This document shows positions 31,105 through 42,880 of a DNA stretch of 64,000 bases, piece after piece (the stretch's first letter is position 1; each line of letters begins with the position of its first letter). Source of the DNA: an uncultured delta proteobacterium (GTDB taxonomy: Bacteria > Desulfobacterota > Desulfuromonadia > Desulfuromonadales > JACZKF01); contig CAWFKQ010000016.1 of assembly GCA_963816395.1 (NCBI GenBank), positions 710,274-774,273 of the forward strand. The letters are read 5' to 3'. Under the pieces are notes generated by a model. It was given only the letters and a program-made list of their open reading frames with translations, did not search any database and was not told the origin of the DNA. The position numbers and the translations under genes were made by a program.

Positions 31105-31999
31105 GTGGAAAATTTCGTGCTGGTCGGGCTGTTCGTTCTTCTGGGGATCCTGTTTCGGCGGTTACCGGCTTTCCCCAGGGATTCCGCGCAGGTCCTCAAT
31201 ATGTTCGCCCTCTACGTCTCCCTGCCGGCGGTGATCCTGCTGAAGGTTCCGCAGATCACCTTTTCCCGCGCGATCCTGGTTCCGGCCCTGGTCCCCTGGG
31301 TGCTGGTGATTCTTACCGCGGCAACGGTCCTGTTGGCGGGGCGGTGGCTTGGCTGGTCCCGTCCGGTGATCGGAGTTTTGCTGCTGCTGGTTCCCATCGG
31401 CAATACTTCCTTCATGGGAGTGCCGATGGTGCAGGCGTTCTTCGGTGCCCGCGGCATCCCGCATCTCATCATCTACGACCAGTTCGGCACCATGGGGATC
31501 TTTGCCACTTACGGCTCTCTGGTTCTTGCCTTGTACGGGCGGGAAAGCGCGGTGGATCTTCCCGGGGTGGCCAGGCGGGCGCTCCTTTTTCCCCCGACCA
31601 TGGCCCTCATCGCCGGGCTCGCCCTGCGCCCCTGGCCCTACCCGCAGGCGGTGGTGCAGGTGCTGCAGGATATCGCCGCCACCCTGACCCCGCTGGTGAT
31701 GACCGCCATCGGCTTCCAGATGCGGCGGCTCAGCCCCACGCTGCTTCCTCCCCTCGGCGTGGGCCTGGGAATCAAGCTGCTGGCGGCGCCGCTGGCGGCC
31801 CTGGCGATCTGCCGACTCGCCGGCCTGCACGGGCTGCCGGTGGACATCTCGATCTTCGAGTCCGGCATGCCGCCGATGGTGACCGCCGGGGCCTTGGCGG
31901 TAGCGGCGGACATGGAACCCGACCTGGCGGTCGCGCTGGTCGGCCTCGGCATCATCCTGGCGTTTCGCCACTCTGCCTCTGCTTTATCTGCTGCTGTAG
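31105..31999 (+). CDS. AEC (auxin efflux carrier / malate permease) family transporter; frameshift near 31965
   Basis: LNMFALYVSLPA, GNTSFMGVP, FPP, IKLLAAP, ESGMPPM. Confidence 0.88.
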
Positions 32000-32199
32000 A
32001 AAACCGACGACGGTTGATGGTCAAGGTTCCGGACCGGCGAATTGGTACAAAAAACCGCGGGGCTGCGCCCCCCGCACCCTGCTAAAGCGTTTATCAACCG
32101 GCTTTCAGCACACCATCCACTCATTTGACCCCGATTATGACCAGATATCCTAATCTGGTTATTCACTTCGCTCCAGTGATTCAAACCAAAATATCTTTC

Positions 32200-32281
32200 A
32201 ACAGGGATGAAGGGGATGCAGGGGATAAAAATTCCCTTAATTCATAAGGTTCTATCCCGTTAATCCCCTTAATCCCTGTGG
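32200..32281. repeat. Inverted repeat of 9-nt AGGGGAT-type units
   Basis: ACAGGGATGAAGGGGATGCAGGGGATA pairs with TATCCCGTTAATCCCCTTAATCCCTGT. Confidence 0.7.
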
Positions 32282-32396
32282 ATTTGCTTCGCCTTGGTTC
32301 GAAAAATGGCATGGGTTCGCCTCGGACTCGCTCTTCGCTGACGCGGGGGGGGATATGATAAACTATCTCAAACGTCCGAAGCAGAAAGGCGCCAAT

Positions 32397-33884
32397 ATGA
32401 CTGGTAATGGTTCCCTGTTGCCGACCGGTGTCCCCGGGCTGGACGAGGTTTTGTACGGCGGCCTGGAAGCGGGGCGCGTCTACCTGGTGGAAGGTGACCC
32501 GGGGGCGGGAAAAACGACTCTGGCCCTGCGGTTCCTGCTGGAAGGGGTGCGGCAGGGGGAGCCGGTCCTGCATCTCACGATGGCGGAAACCCTGGGCGAA
32601 CTGGAGGCCACCTTCCGCTCGCACGGCTGGTCGATGGAAGGGGTAAACGTCCTGGAACTGAACGTCTCCGCGGAGGAAATCGGCGCCGACGAGCAGTACA
32701 CGATGTTTCACTCCGCCGAGGTGGAAATGAGCGGAATCATGCGGCGGATTCTTGAGGAAACCGACCGCATCGGCGCCCGGCGGCTGGTCATCGACTCGCT
32801 GGCCGAACTGCGGCTGGTGGCGCAGAATCCCCTCTGGTTCCGCCGCCAGGTCCTCGCGCTGAAGCAGCATTTCGCCGCCCGCGGATGCACGGCCCTGCTG
32901 CTGGACGAGACCGTCGGCGAGACTTTGGGCTTCAGCGTGCAGACGGTGGCCCACGGCGTCCTGTCGCTGGGCCAGATGCTCCCGGAATTCGGCGGCGACC
33001 GCCGCCGCCTGCGGGTGCGGAAGATGCGCGGCCGCACGTATCAGGGCGGCTACCATGATTACATCATCGCCCCGGGCGGGCTGCAGGTCTTCCCCCGGTT
33101 GGTGGCCCTCGAACATCGCGGCAATTTCGAACGGCAGGCGGTCAAAAGCGGGCTGGCGGAACTCGACAACCTGCTCGGCGGCGGCCTCGACCGGGGGACG
33201 AGCACTCTGCTGACCGGCGCCTCCGGCACGGGGAAATCGGCCCTGGCCACCCTCTACGCCCTGACGGCCGCCCAGCGAGGGGAGAAGGCCGCCTTCTTCC
33301 TTTTCGACGAGAGTCGGGAGAACTTCATCGCCCGCTCCCGGGGGCTGGGGATGGATGTCTCTGCCAGCCTGGAAGCGGGACAAATCTCCTCCCAGCAGAT
33401 CGACCCGGCCGAACTCTCCCCGGGGGAGCTCGCCGCCGCCGTTCGCCAGGCGGTGGAGGAGAATGGCGCCAGTCTGGTGGTCATCGACAGCCTCAACGGC
33501 TACCTGCAGGCGATGCCCGAGGAGCGTTTTCTGATCATCCAGCTTCACGAGTTGCTGACCTATCCTGGCGCAGATGGGGGTCACCACCTTGCTCATCGTC
33601 GCCCAGCACGGGCTGTTGGGGGCGGGCACAGTCGGCGCCGGTGGATGTGAGCTACCTCTCCGACACCATCATTCTGCTGCGCTATTTCGAGGCCCACGGC
33701 GAAGTGCGTCAGGCGATCTCGGTGATGAAGAAGCGCACCGGTTCCCACGAACGGACGATCCGGGAGATGAAGATCGCGCCGGGAGGCATCCGCATCGGCG
33801 AACCACTGCATCAGTTCCAGGGGGTGCTGCAGGGCAATCCGACCTTTCAGGGAAGCGCCGGGCCCCTGCTGAACAGCGGCGATA

Positions 33885-33892
<8 letters not shown>
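32397..33892 (+). CDS. KaiC-like double RecA-domain ATPase (frameshifts near 33565 and 33635)
   Basis: TGVPGLDEVLYGG, GDPGAGKTT, VIDSL, RRLRVRKMRG, SGLAELDNLLGGG, GASGTGKS, VSYLSDT, VMKKRTGSHE. Confidence 0.92.
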
Positions 33893-35469
<1,577 letters not shown>

Positions 35470-35519
35470 ATCAACCTACTGTCAAGGGTCAGCGTTATTG
35501 AGCACCCCCGGGGTCACGG

Positions 35520-36311
35520 TTATTGAGCAGTTTGACCTTCGGTGAGTTCGGTTGTCGTTGTGTTCAGGGCCGGCGTTTGTGGTCGGTTGCGTTTGCGATA
35601 GGACTCTCCTTTCATCACGAGGTGATGGGCATTGTGGGCCAGCCGGTCGAGGGCGGAATTGGCCATGACCGGATCGGGAAACAGCGGCAGCCAGTCGGCC
35701 GGCGGCCGGTTGGAGGTGACGATGATCGAGCCGCGCAGGTGGCGCTCGGCGACGATCTCGTAGAAGTCCTCGGCCTGGATCATGGGCATGGGCTTGAGAC
35801 CGAAGTCATCGATGATCAGCAGGTCGGGACTCAGATGTCGGCGCAGCTCCGTCTCCCAGGAGTTGTCGGCGCGGGCGGCCTGCAGGGTGCGGAAGAGCTT
35901 GACCGCCTTGACGAAGAGCACGGAGCGCCCCGTTCGGCAGGCGTGATGCCCCAGTGCCTGGGCGAGGTGGGTCTTGCCGGTGCCGGCCGGACCGTAGAGC
36001 AGGACATGCTCGCGCTTTTCGATGAAGAGCCCCGTGGCCAGGTCCCGGATAGCGGCGGGGTTCACGGTGGGAAGGCTGGCGAAGTCGAACTCCTCCAGGG
36101 TCTTGGGCTCCTCAAAACTAGCGCGCTGCAGGCGAAGGCGCAGGCCTTGCGTCTTGCGGCGCTCGATCTCGTCCTGCAGCAGGAGCTGGAGGAATTCGAT
36201 ATAGCCGAGTTGTCCCTCTCGGGCCTGGGCGAGACGAATATCGAAGGTATCGAGCATGCGGCCGAGCTTGAGGGCCTTGAGTTGTCCGGTAAGGGCGGCA
36301 GAGATGCTCAT
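35520..36311 (-). CDS. istB: IS21 helper ATPase
   Basis: KTLEEFDF, GPAGTGKTHLA, LLIIDDFG, IVTSNR, LDRLAHNAH, GESYR. Confidence 0.96.
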   Translation of the reverse strand: MSISAALTGQLKALKLGRMLDTFDIRLAQAREGQLGYIEFLQLLLQDEIERRKTQGLRLRLQRASFEEPKTLEEFDFASLPTVNPAAIRDLATGLFIEKREHVLLYGPAGTGKTHLAQALGHHACRTGRSVLFVKAVKLFRTLQAARADNSWETELRRHLSPDLLIIDDFGLKPMPMIQAEDFYEIVAERHLRGSIIVTSNRPPADWLPLFPDPVMANSALDRLAHNAHHLVMKGESYRKRNRPQTPALNTTTTELTEGQTAQ

Positions 36312-37870
36312 GCGGCCACCTCCTCGCTGGCGCCGAAGCTCTCGGGCGGGTGCAAGAAGGTTAAGCCCTGTTCGGTGAGAGGGGCAGCTACAGGCTCAGC
36401 GGCCGGCTTCCAGAATGTGGGAAGGCCCTCTTCCAGAATCCGCTTCAGGCGGCGGATCTCGGTCGTCTCGAAGGAGAGCAGGTAGGCGCAGGCTTCATCG
36501 AGCCGCTCGGCGCCGTACTTCTCCCCCAGCCGCAGCAGGGCCTGAGCCTTGCGCAGGTTGCGGATGGCGTGGTCGGAGAGGATCGCTTCGGCCATGCGCC
36601 CGGCGTTCGGCCCCATCTTAGTGGCCTCTTCCCGGCACCAGGCGGGATGGGCAAACAGGTGGGCCTTGGCGGCCTCGGGGTAATCGCCAGAATCGGTCAT
36701 CCACATGCCGCGCCCCGTGGCCCGCGGGTGGGACTTGACCAGCTCATCACTGCAGAAGATCTCGACCAGGCGGCGGCCGGCGCGCAGCCACACCGTCTTG
36801 CCGACGAAGCGGGTCGGCAGCGAGTAGTAGTTGCGTTCGAAGACAACGTGGTGATCGGGGTGCACCTTACACTCGGCCCAAGTAGGCGGGTCGAAGGCCG
36901 TGGCCGGCAGAGGCAGCAGGGCCGCTTGCTCCAGGTGCGCGAAGCGCACCAGCGGCGCCTCCTGGGTCGTGCCGTGGATCTGGCGCCCGATCTGCTCCCG
37001 GCACCAGGTGAGGGCCTTCTCGTTGAGTTCGGCCAGATCCCGGTAGGAGCGGCCGGCCACGAGCTGCTGGCGCACCACCGGCATCAGGCGCTCGACCTTC
37101 CCCTTGTGCTCGGGGGTCGCCACCTTGGCCGGATCGACGGCAAAACCGTAATGGCGCTCCAACTCCGCATAGGCGCGGTTGATGGTGGGATCGTAGAGAT
37201 CGGGGCGCACCACGCCGGCCTTGAGATTGTCGAGCAGGACCGTCTGCGGCACGCCGCCGAAGAACTCGAAGGCGCGCACGTGGCAGTCGATCCAGGTGGT
37301 CAAATCCTGGCGCTCGACGAAGCGCACGAAGCGGTGGCGGCTGAAGGAGAGGGTCAGCACGAACACCCACAGGGAGCGAAGAGTCTCTCCCACCTTCACC
37401 CGGGCCTTGCCGAAGTCCACCTGTCCCTGGCGCCCCGGCGGGCTCTCCAGACGGACGGTGACGCGGGGGGCGGCAGGCTCGACCCGGGCACGGACGAAGC
37501 GTTTGACGCTGGGGTAGCTCGCCTCGATGCCGCGCTCGGTCAGCAGGCGCCAGATCTGCTTCACGGTCATATCCGGCTCCTCCATCCAATCGCGGATCTG
37601 GTCACGGTAGGGCTCCAGAAGCTGCTGGGCCGGCGCCGCTTCGGCGAAACAAGCCGGGGTCAACTGCTGGCGAAGAGTGGCGAGGACGCGGGCACGCTCG
37701 GCCTCGTCACCGCCGCGGGTCAGCCCGGCCTTGCAGGCCAGCCGCACATACTTGCGCACTGTCTGGCGGGACTGACCCAAGGCACGGGACATCTGGGAAA
37801 TATTGTGCTTCTGCTGAAAGCGAAAGCACAGCTCATCAAGTTCGATCATGGGAATGGGTCTCCGGGCCAC
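36308..37870 (-). CDS. istA: IS21 DDE transposase
   Basis: PGRQGQVDFG, FEFFGGVP, DNLKAGV, KGKVER, NYYSLP; GTG start with GGAGG SD. Confidence 0.96.
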   Translation of the reverse strand: MARRPIPMIELDELCFRFQQKHNISQMSRALGQSRQTVRKYVRLACKAGLTRGGDEAERARVLATLRQQLTPACFAEAAPAQQLLEPYRDQIRDWMEEPDMTVKQIWRLLTERGIEASYPSVKRFVRARVEPAAPRVTVRLESPPGRQGQVDFGKARVKVGETLRSLWVFVLTLSFSRHRFVRFVERQDLTTWIDCHVRAFEFFGGVPQTVLLDNLKAGVVRPDLYDPTINRAYAELERHYGFAVDPAKVATPEHKGKVERLMPVVRQQLVAGRSYRDLAELNEKALTWCREQIGRQIHGTTQEAPLVRFAHLEQAALLPLPATAFDPPTWAECKVHPDHHVVFERNYYSLPTRFVGKTVWLRAGRRLVEIFCSDELVKSHPRATGRGMWMTDSGDYPEAAKAHLFAHPAWCREEATKMGPNAGRMAEAILSDHAIRNLRKAQALLRLGEKYGAERLDEACAYLLSFETTEIRRLKRILEEGLPTFWKPAAEPVAAPLTEQGLTFLHPPESFGASEEVAA

Positions 37871-38152
37871 TGCAACCTCCTGGGGGATTTGATTCTCGCA
37901 GGATAGCTGCAGTGGCGGTTGGGAACCCACCGAAAATGGGTGGCGGGGTGCTCAATTCCGTTGACCCCGCCAGAGATCAAACTGCTCAATTCCGTTGACC
38001 CCGGGGTGCTCAATTCGGCTGACCCTGACCCCGGTCAAAGTGCTCAATTACCATGACCCTCGACACCTACGCTCCTTGTTGTCTCAAAAGTCGTATCGCC
38101 CTTTGCTGAGTCGCGGGACGAGCCTACCCAATCCTTACAATCCCTGATCTGC

Positions 38153-38195
38153 GGAAAAGGGCCACTCATCCGAGGATGAAAGTGACCCTTTTTCC
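38153..38195. terminator. Bidirectional terminator-like hairpin
   Basis: GGAAAAGGGCCACT...AGTGACCCTTTTTCC. Confidence 0.55.
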
Positions 38196-38426
38196 GTGTC
38201 GGAAAAGTCCCGATACCGAGATGGCCGGAAAAACCGTGCTGCGCCGGCGATTTGTGCGCACTCTACCTGTGAGCTCTGGCCTGGGACGCTTACGGAGACC
38301 TCTAACCTTGCAATCAGTTTACTTTGCCTGATACTTCAAATTGGGCAATGGCCAGCCAATTCGCGACGGGGATTTTGCGGGAGGAGACCGGCGGAGTTGA
38401 GCGAAGCAAACAGAGGGGAATATCAC

Positions 38427-39979
38427 ATGAATACAGGAGCACTCAGCCTTGTCGAAACCGCCCTGCGCGCCGGCGTGGAGGTTTGCTTTGCAAATCCCGG
38501 CACTACCGAAATGCCGATGGTCGCGGTCCTCGACCGCGTACCCGGAATGCGTGTCGTGCTCGGATTGTTCGAAGGCGTTTGCACCGGCGCCGCCGACGGG
38601 TGGGCCCGCATGACGGGGAGGCCGGCCGCCACCCTGCTGCATCTCGGGCCAGGACTCGCCAACGGGCTCGCGAATCTGCACAATGCACGGCGTGCTCGCA
38701 CACCCATTGTCAACTGGATAGGCGATCACCCAGGTCGACACCTCGTATTCGACGCACCGCTCACCTCGGACATAGCGGCTCTCGCCCGCAGCGTGGGCTG
38801 GATGCAAACCGTCAGGTCTGCAGACCAAATGGCCGAGGCCAGCCTTGCTGCGGTCGCGGCGGCACTCGGGCCGCCGGGGCGCGTGGCGTCACTGATTCTC
38901 CCTGCCGACTGCCAGTGGGAACCGGGACCTGAGCCTCTCTCTACCAGGCCATCGCCCGCCCTGCGCGAACCTCCGGCCCCGCGCCCCGGGAGGCGGCGCT
39001 CCTGCTGCGCAAAGGCGGCGGTGGTATCCTGCTCGGTGGCAGTGCACTTACCGCCCGAGGTCTGCGCGCGGCCGCGCGGGTGGCGGCCGCCACGGCCTGC
39101 GGGGTCTGGGTCGAAACCTTTCCGGCTCGCCAGGAGGGCGGTCGTCACCTGCCGTTTTTCCCCGCTCTGCCCTATTTCCCGGAGCAGGCCATCCAGGCGC
39201 TTGCCAACGTCACAAACCTGATACTCGCGGGGGCGCGCGAGCCGGTCGCCTTCTTCGGTTATCCGGACCAGCCTTCGCGGTTCGCTCCCGAGAACGCGAC
39301 CCTCTATTCCCTCGCGGACCCGGACGCCGGCTTCGATGCCGCCCTTGCGCTTGAGGCCCTCGCGCAGGAATTGGACGCGCCGGATGTTTTCACCCCTCCA
39401 CGGACCACCCCCGCCTTCGTGCCCGGCGGGCAGCCCCTCACCCCAGACATCTTGTGCCGGGCGATGGCAGCGTTCACCCCTGAGAATGCGATTGTCGTGA
39501 ACGAAGCGGTCACTGCGGGTTTCACCTGGAATGCCGTGTATGCTTCCAATGCCGCGCCCCACACCGCGCTCTTTGTCACGGGCGGCGCCATCGGTCAGGG
39601 CCTGCCGAATGCGCTCGGCGCCGCTCTCGCATGCCCGGACCGGCGCGTCATCGCGTTCCAGGCTGACGGCAGCGGCCTGTACACCCTCCAGGCGCTCTGG
39701 TCGATGGCTCGCGAGAGCGCGGACGTGACCGTGGTGATATGCGCGAATCGCCGCTACCGCATCCTGCAGGCTGAACTTGCGCGTGCCGGGGTCGCAAAGC
39801 CCGGACCCAAGGCGCAGGCCCTCACCAACCTCACCGCACCGGTAATCGAATGGGCTGAGCTAGCGAAGGGGTTCGGACTTCCCGCTTGCAGCGTGGGAAC
39901 CGAAAGCGAACTTGCTGATGCGCTCATGCGCGCGCTTGCCGGGCGCGGACCTAGCCTGATTGAGGCAGTGCTCACGTGA
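38427..39979 (+). CDS. TPP-dependent enzyme (acetolactate synthase large subunit-like / decarboxylase), frameshift near 38985
   Basis: [67 protein letters not shown]. Confidence 0.9.
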
Positions 39980-40088
39980 TGGGACAGTCACTACGTGCCA
40001 ATCACTCTTTTGAATTCCAGGCTTATCATTGGTTTCAGGAGGTCCTCATCATAGGTCCGCCCGAGGTCCTATAGCTCCTGTCTCAAGA

Positions 40089-40130
40089 GAAAAGGGGTCA
40101 TTCAATCCAAGGATTAAATGACCCCTTTTC
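40089..40130. terminator. Bidirectional intrinsic terminator between convergent genes
   Basis: GAAAAGGGGTCATT..AATCC-AA-GGATT..AATGACCCCTTTTC. Confidence 0.7.
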
Positions 40131-40232
40131 ATTTCGCGGGGATCGGGCAGCCGGAGCCCAGTTAAGACTGCAAAGGCCCTTGATAAGGATGCAGCCGCAG
40201 TGGCCGCCTGCGCCAGGGTGTACCGGCGCGGT

Positions 40233-40928
40233 TCAGCGGCGCCGGCCGAAGATCCGCAGCAGCATGAGGAAGAGGTTGACGAAATCGAGATAAAGCTGCA
40301 GGGCGCCGATAATCGCCGCCTTCTGCCGCTCCTCGCCGCTCAGGCCGGCCCTGGCGAGCATCTTGAGCTTCTGCGTGTCGTAGGCGGTCAGACCGACGAA
40401 GACGAGGATGCCGGCGTAGGTGGAGACCCAGTAGACCATCTCGCTGTGCAGGAAGAGGTTGACCACCGAGGCGAGGATGACCCCGACCAGCCCCATGAAC
40501 AGGAAGCTCCCCCAGGAGGTCAGGTCGCGGCGGGTCAGGTGCCCGTAGAGGCTCATGACGCCGAAGGTGCCGGCGGTGACGAAGAAGGCGCCGGCGATGG
40601 AGCTTTGCGTGTAGACCACGAAGATCGACGCGAAAGTGACCCCGCTCAGCGCCGAGTAAAGGAGGAACAGCCCGGTCGCGGCGAAGGCGCTCAGCCGGCG
40701 AATGGCTCCGGAAATGGTCACCACCAGCGCCAGTTCGGCGATGATCAGGCCGAAGAAGATGAGACGGTTGCCGAAGATCAACTGCAGCATGGCCGGGCTG
40801 GCGGCGGTCAGCAGCGAGACCAGGGCGGTCAGGCCGAGTCCGGCCGCCATCCAGTTGTAGACGCGGGGGAAAAAGCTGATCTGGCCGGTAACGGTCGGCT
40901 CGGCGGTATAAAAGGTCGGTTGTTCCAC
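40233..40928 (-). CDS. Bax inhibitor-1/YccA family membrane protein
   Basis: RVYNWMAAGL, YGHLTRRDL, FVGLTAYDTQKLK, GALQLYLDFVNLF. Confidence 0.93.
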   Translation of the reverse strand: MEQPTFYTAEPTVTGQISFFPRVYNWMAAGLGLTALVSLLTAASPAMLQLIFGNRLIFFGLIIAELALVVTISGAIRRLSAFAATGLFLLYSALSGVTFASIFVVYTQSSIAGAFFVTAGTFGVMSLYGHLTRRDLTSWGSFLFMGLVGVILASVVNLFLHSEMVYWVSTYAGILVFVGLTAYDTQKLKMLARAGLSGEERQKAAIIGALQLYLDFVNLFLMLLRIFGRRR

Positions 40929-41084
40929 GGTCGCTGCCTCCTTGTGTACGGTTGCGAATTCTCCCGACTATAGCAGAATTCTGCTGACGCTTGAATATTT
41001 AATCGGCTCCTGCGGCTTTCCGGCCGCAGTTGCGCCCCGAGGATATTCCATTGTCTGGCGCGGTTCGAACCGCCTGGTCCGTTG

Positions 41085-42407
41085 TCATTTCCCTTCCGCC
41101 AGAATCTGCCGCAGGGTCTTGCCGAGCTGGATGCTGAAGACCAGCCAGCCGAAGGCGGCGACATACCCGGCCAGAATGCCGGGGAGGGCCTGGGCATCGA
41201 GGTAGATGCGACTGGAGCCGATAAGGAGGAGGAAAAAGGCGGACAGGGAGAAGAGGATGATCCGCCCGATCTCTCCCCGCGCCATTTCCCACGTCACGTA
41301 GAACAGCAGGCCGTAGACGATCATCGCCCCGAAGGCCTCCAGGTTGGGGAACTCACGGCGGCTGGGCAGGGGGAGGGACTGCTGCATCGCCACGGCCACC
41401 ACCAGCCCCAGTCCGGCCAGGAAGCAGACCAGCAGCAGCCAAAAGCGCCTCTTCCACACCAGAAGAGCGAGCAGCCCGGCCGCGGTGGCGATCGTCAGAT
41501 AAAGTCCCGCCACTTCGGCGGCGGTAAGCATCGCCTGGGTAAGGGAGGGATTGAAGATGCGCCCGACGAAATCTCCGGCCAGGGCGGCCAGTCGCGCAAT
41601 GAAGGTCCGGTTCAGGAGGGAGCTGGCGATCTGGCCAAGGGTCGCCAGGGACAGAATGAGCAGGAGCAGGCCGGCGGTAAGACTGAAGCCGTACCACGGG
41701 CCGATGCGGAAGCGGTCCTTGATGAAACCCCAGAACCGCGGCAGGTGTTGGTTGAGCAGCTCGTCCGTCTCCTTGGCCTTTTTCCGCAGCAGGGCTTTTT
41801 TCTTCTTCGTCAGGATATAGCCGAGGACCAGCACGGAGCCGACCAGCAGCAGGATCAGGCCGTATTTGCCGAGGCCTTCCTTGATCACCTGCCAGCTGTT
41901 GCCGATGATGAAACCGAGCAGGGCATAGGCGACCACCCAGAGGACGGCGCCATAGATGTTGAAGAAGAGGAAGCGCAGGTAAGGCATGTGCACGGTGCCG
42001 GCCACCACGGGAGCCATTACCCGCAGCCAGGTGGTGAAGCGGGCGATGAGCACCGTCTTGCCGCCGTGGCGTTCGAAAAACCGGCGGGTTTCATCCAATT
42101 GCTCCTTATGGATGAAGGCAAACCTGCCGAATTTCCGGAAAAACCGCTCGCCGTAGCGGCTGCCGAGCAGGTAAGCGGCCGAATCGCCGAGAACTGCACC
42201 GATGGTTGCGGCGGCGATTACCAGGGGCAGGTTGAACACGCCGCGGGCGGCCAGCAGGCCGCCGATGAGGACCGCTGTCTCGCCCGGCGTGACCAGGCCG
42301 AAAAAGGCGGCTGACTCCAGAAAAGCCAGGACAAAGAGGATCAGGTAGCCCCAGGCGCCGAGGGAGGTTACGAGGGATACGAAAAAATGCAGGATCTTGT
42401 CTTCCAT
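41085..42407 (-). CDS. DedA-family protein fused to a degenerate PAP2-like domain
   Basis: FLESAAFFGLVTPGE, GDSAAYLLG, FFERHGGKTVLIARF; C-terminal SRIYL motif. Confidence 0.85.
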   Translation of the reverse strand: MEDKILHFFVSLVTSLGAWGYLILFVLAFLESAAFFGLVTPGETAVLIGGLLAARGVFNLPLVIAAATIGAVLGDSAAYLLGSRYGERFFRKFGRFAFIHKEQLDETRRFFERHGGKTVLIARFTTWLRVMAPVVAGTVHMPYLRFLFFNIYGAVLWVVAYALLGFIIGNSWQVIKEGLGKYGLILLLVGSVLVLGYILTKKKKALLRKKAKETDELLNQHLPRFWGFIKDRFRIGPWYGFSLTAGLLLLILSLATLGQIASSLLNRTFIARLAALAGDFVGRIFNPSLTQAMLTAAEVAGLYLTIATAAGLLALLVWKRRFWLLLVCFLAGLGLVVAVAMQQSLPLPSRREFPNLEAFGAMIVYGLLFYVTWEMARGEIGRIILFSLSAFFLLLIGSSRIYLDAQALPGILAGYVAAFGWLVFSIQLGKTLRQILAEGK

Positions 42408-42536
42408 CCGCCTTCCCCGGAAGCCAACGAAACTTCCTGAAGTATAGGAGGTGGTTGGCGGTTCACAAGCGGCCCCCGGTTGCGCCCTCGGCGCAGGGTG
42501 CTATGCTCCCGGTTAAGGCCATGAGGAGGCGTCCGG

Positions 42537-42760
42537 ATGGGGGTATTCACCTGGCTGCAGCACTTTCGGCAATCGCTGGGGGTGAACCGGACCGTGCTGG
42601 CCCTCTCCATGGCACGCCTGGCGGACGGCATCGGCAACAGCATCCTGTTCATCATCCTCCCTCTATATGTCGTGCAGCTGCCGCAGGCGGGGATAGATTT
42701 TCCCCTGCCCCTGCTCATCGGCGTGCTCATTTCCGCCTTCGGCTTCGCCAATTCCGAGCT
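42537..42760 (+). pseudogene. Truncated N-terminus of an MFS transporter
   Basis: VLALSMARLADGIGNSILFIILPLYV...IGVLISAFGFANS covers the first two helices; MFS-like sequence then stops and the next gene starts at 42881. Confidence 0.65.
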
Positions 42761-42880
42761 GCAGTTGGGGCGCCCGTCGTTCTTCTCGCGCCGACTGCTG
42801 GCAGGAATTTCTGCTGGCCGAATTGTCACTTCCGGGAATTGCGGTACGCTGGAAGTTACAATGAAAAGGAAGCGGGGACA

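Larger units (their letters stand above)
35480..38065 (-). mobile_element. Complete IS21-family insertion sequence (2586 bp) with 5-bp target duplication CCTAC
   Basis: Ends TGTCAAGGGTCAGCGTTATTGAGCAC and (reverse complement) TGTCGAGGGTCATGGTAATTGAGCAC; CCTAC at 35475-35479 and 38066-38070; multiple internal TGCTCAAT..TGACCC repeats; istA and istB inside. Confidence 0.96.

Noticed and set aside
37945..38065. Short direct repeats resembling a mini CRISPR array
   Set aside because: Spacing is irregular and short, the repeats match the IS21 terminal repeat, and there are no cas genes. They are transposase-binding sites.
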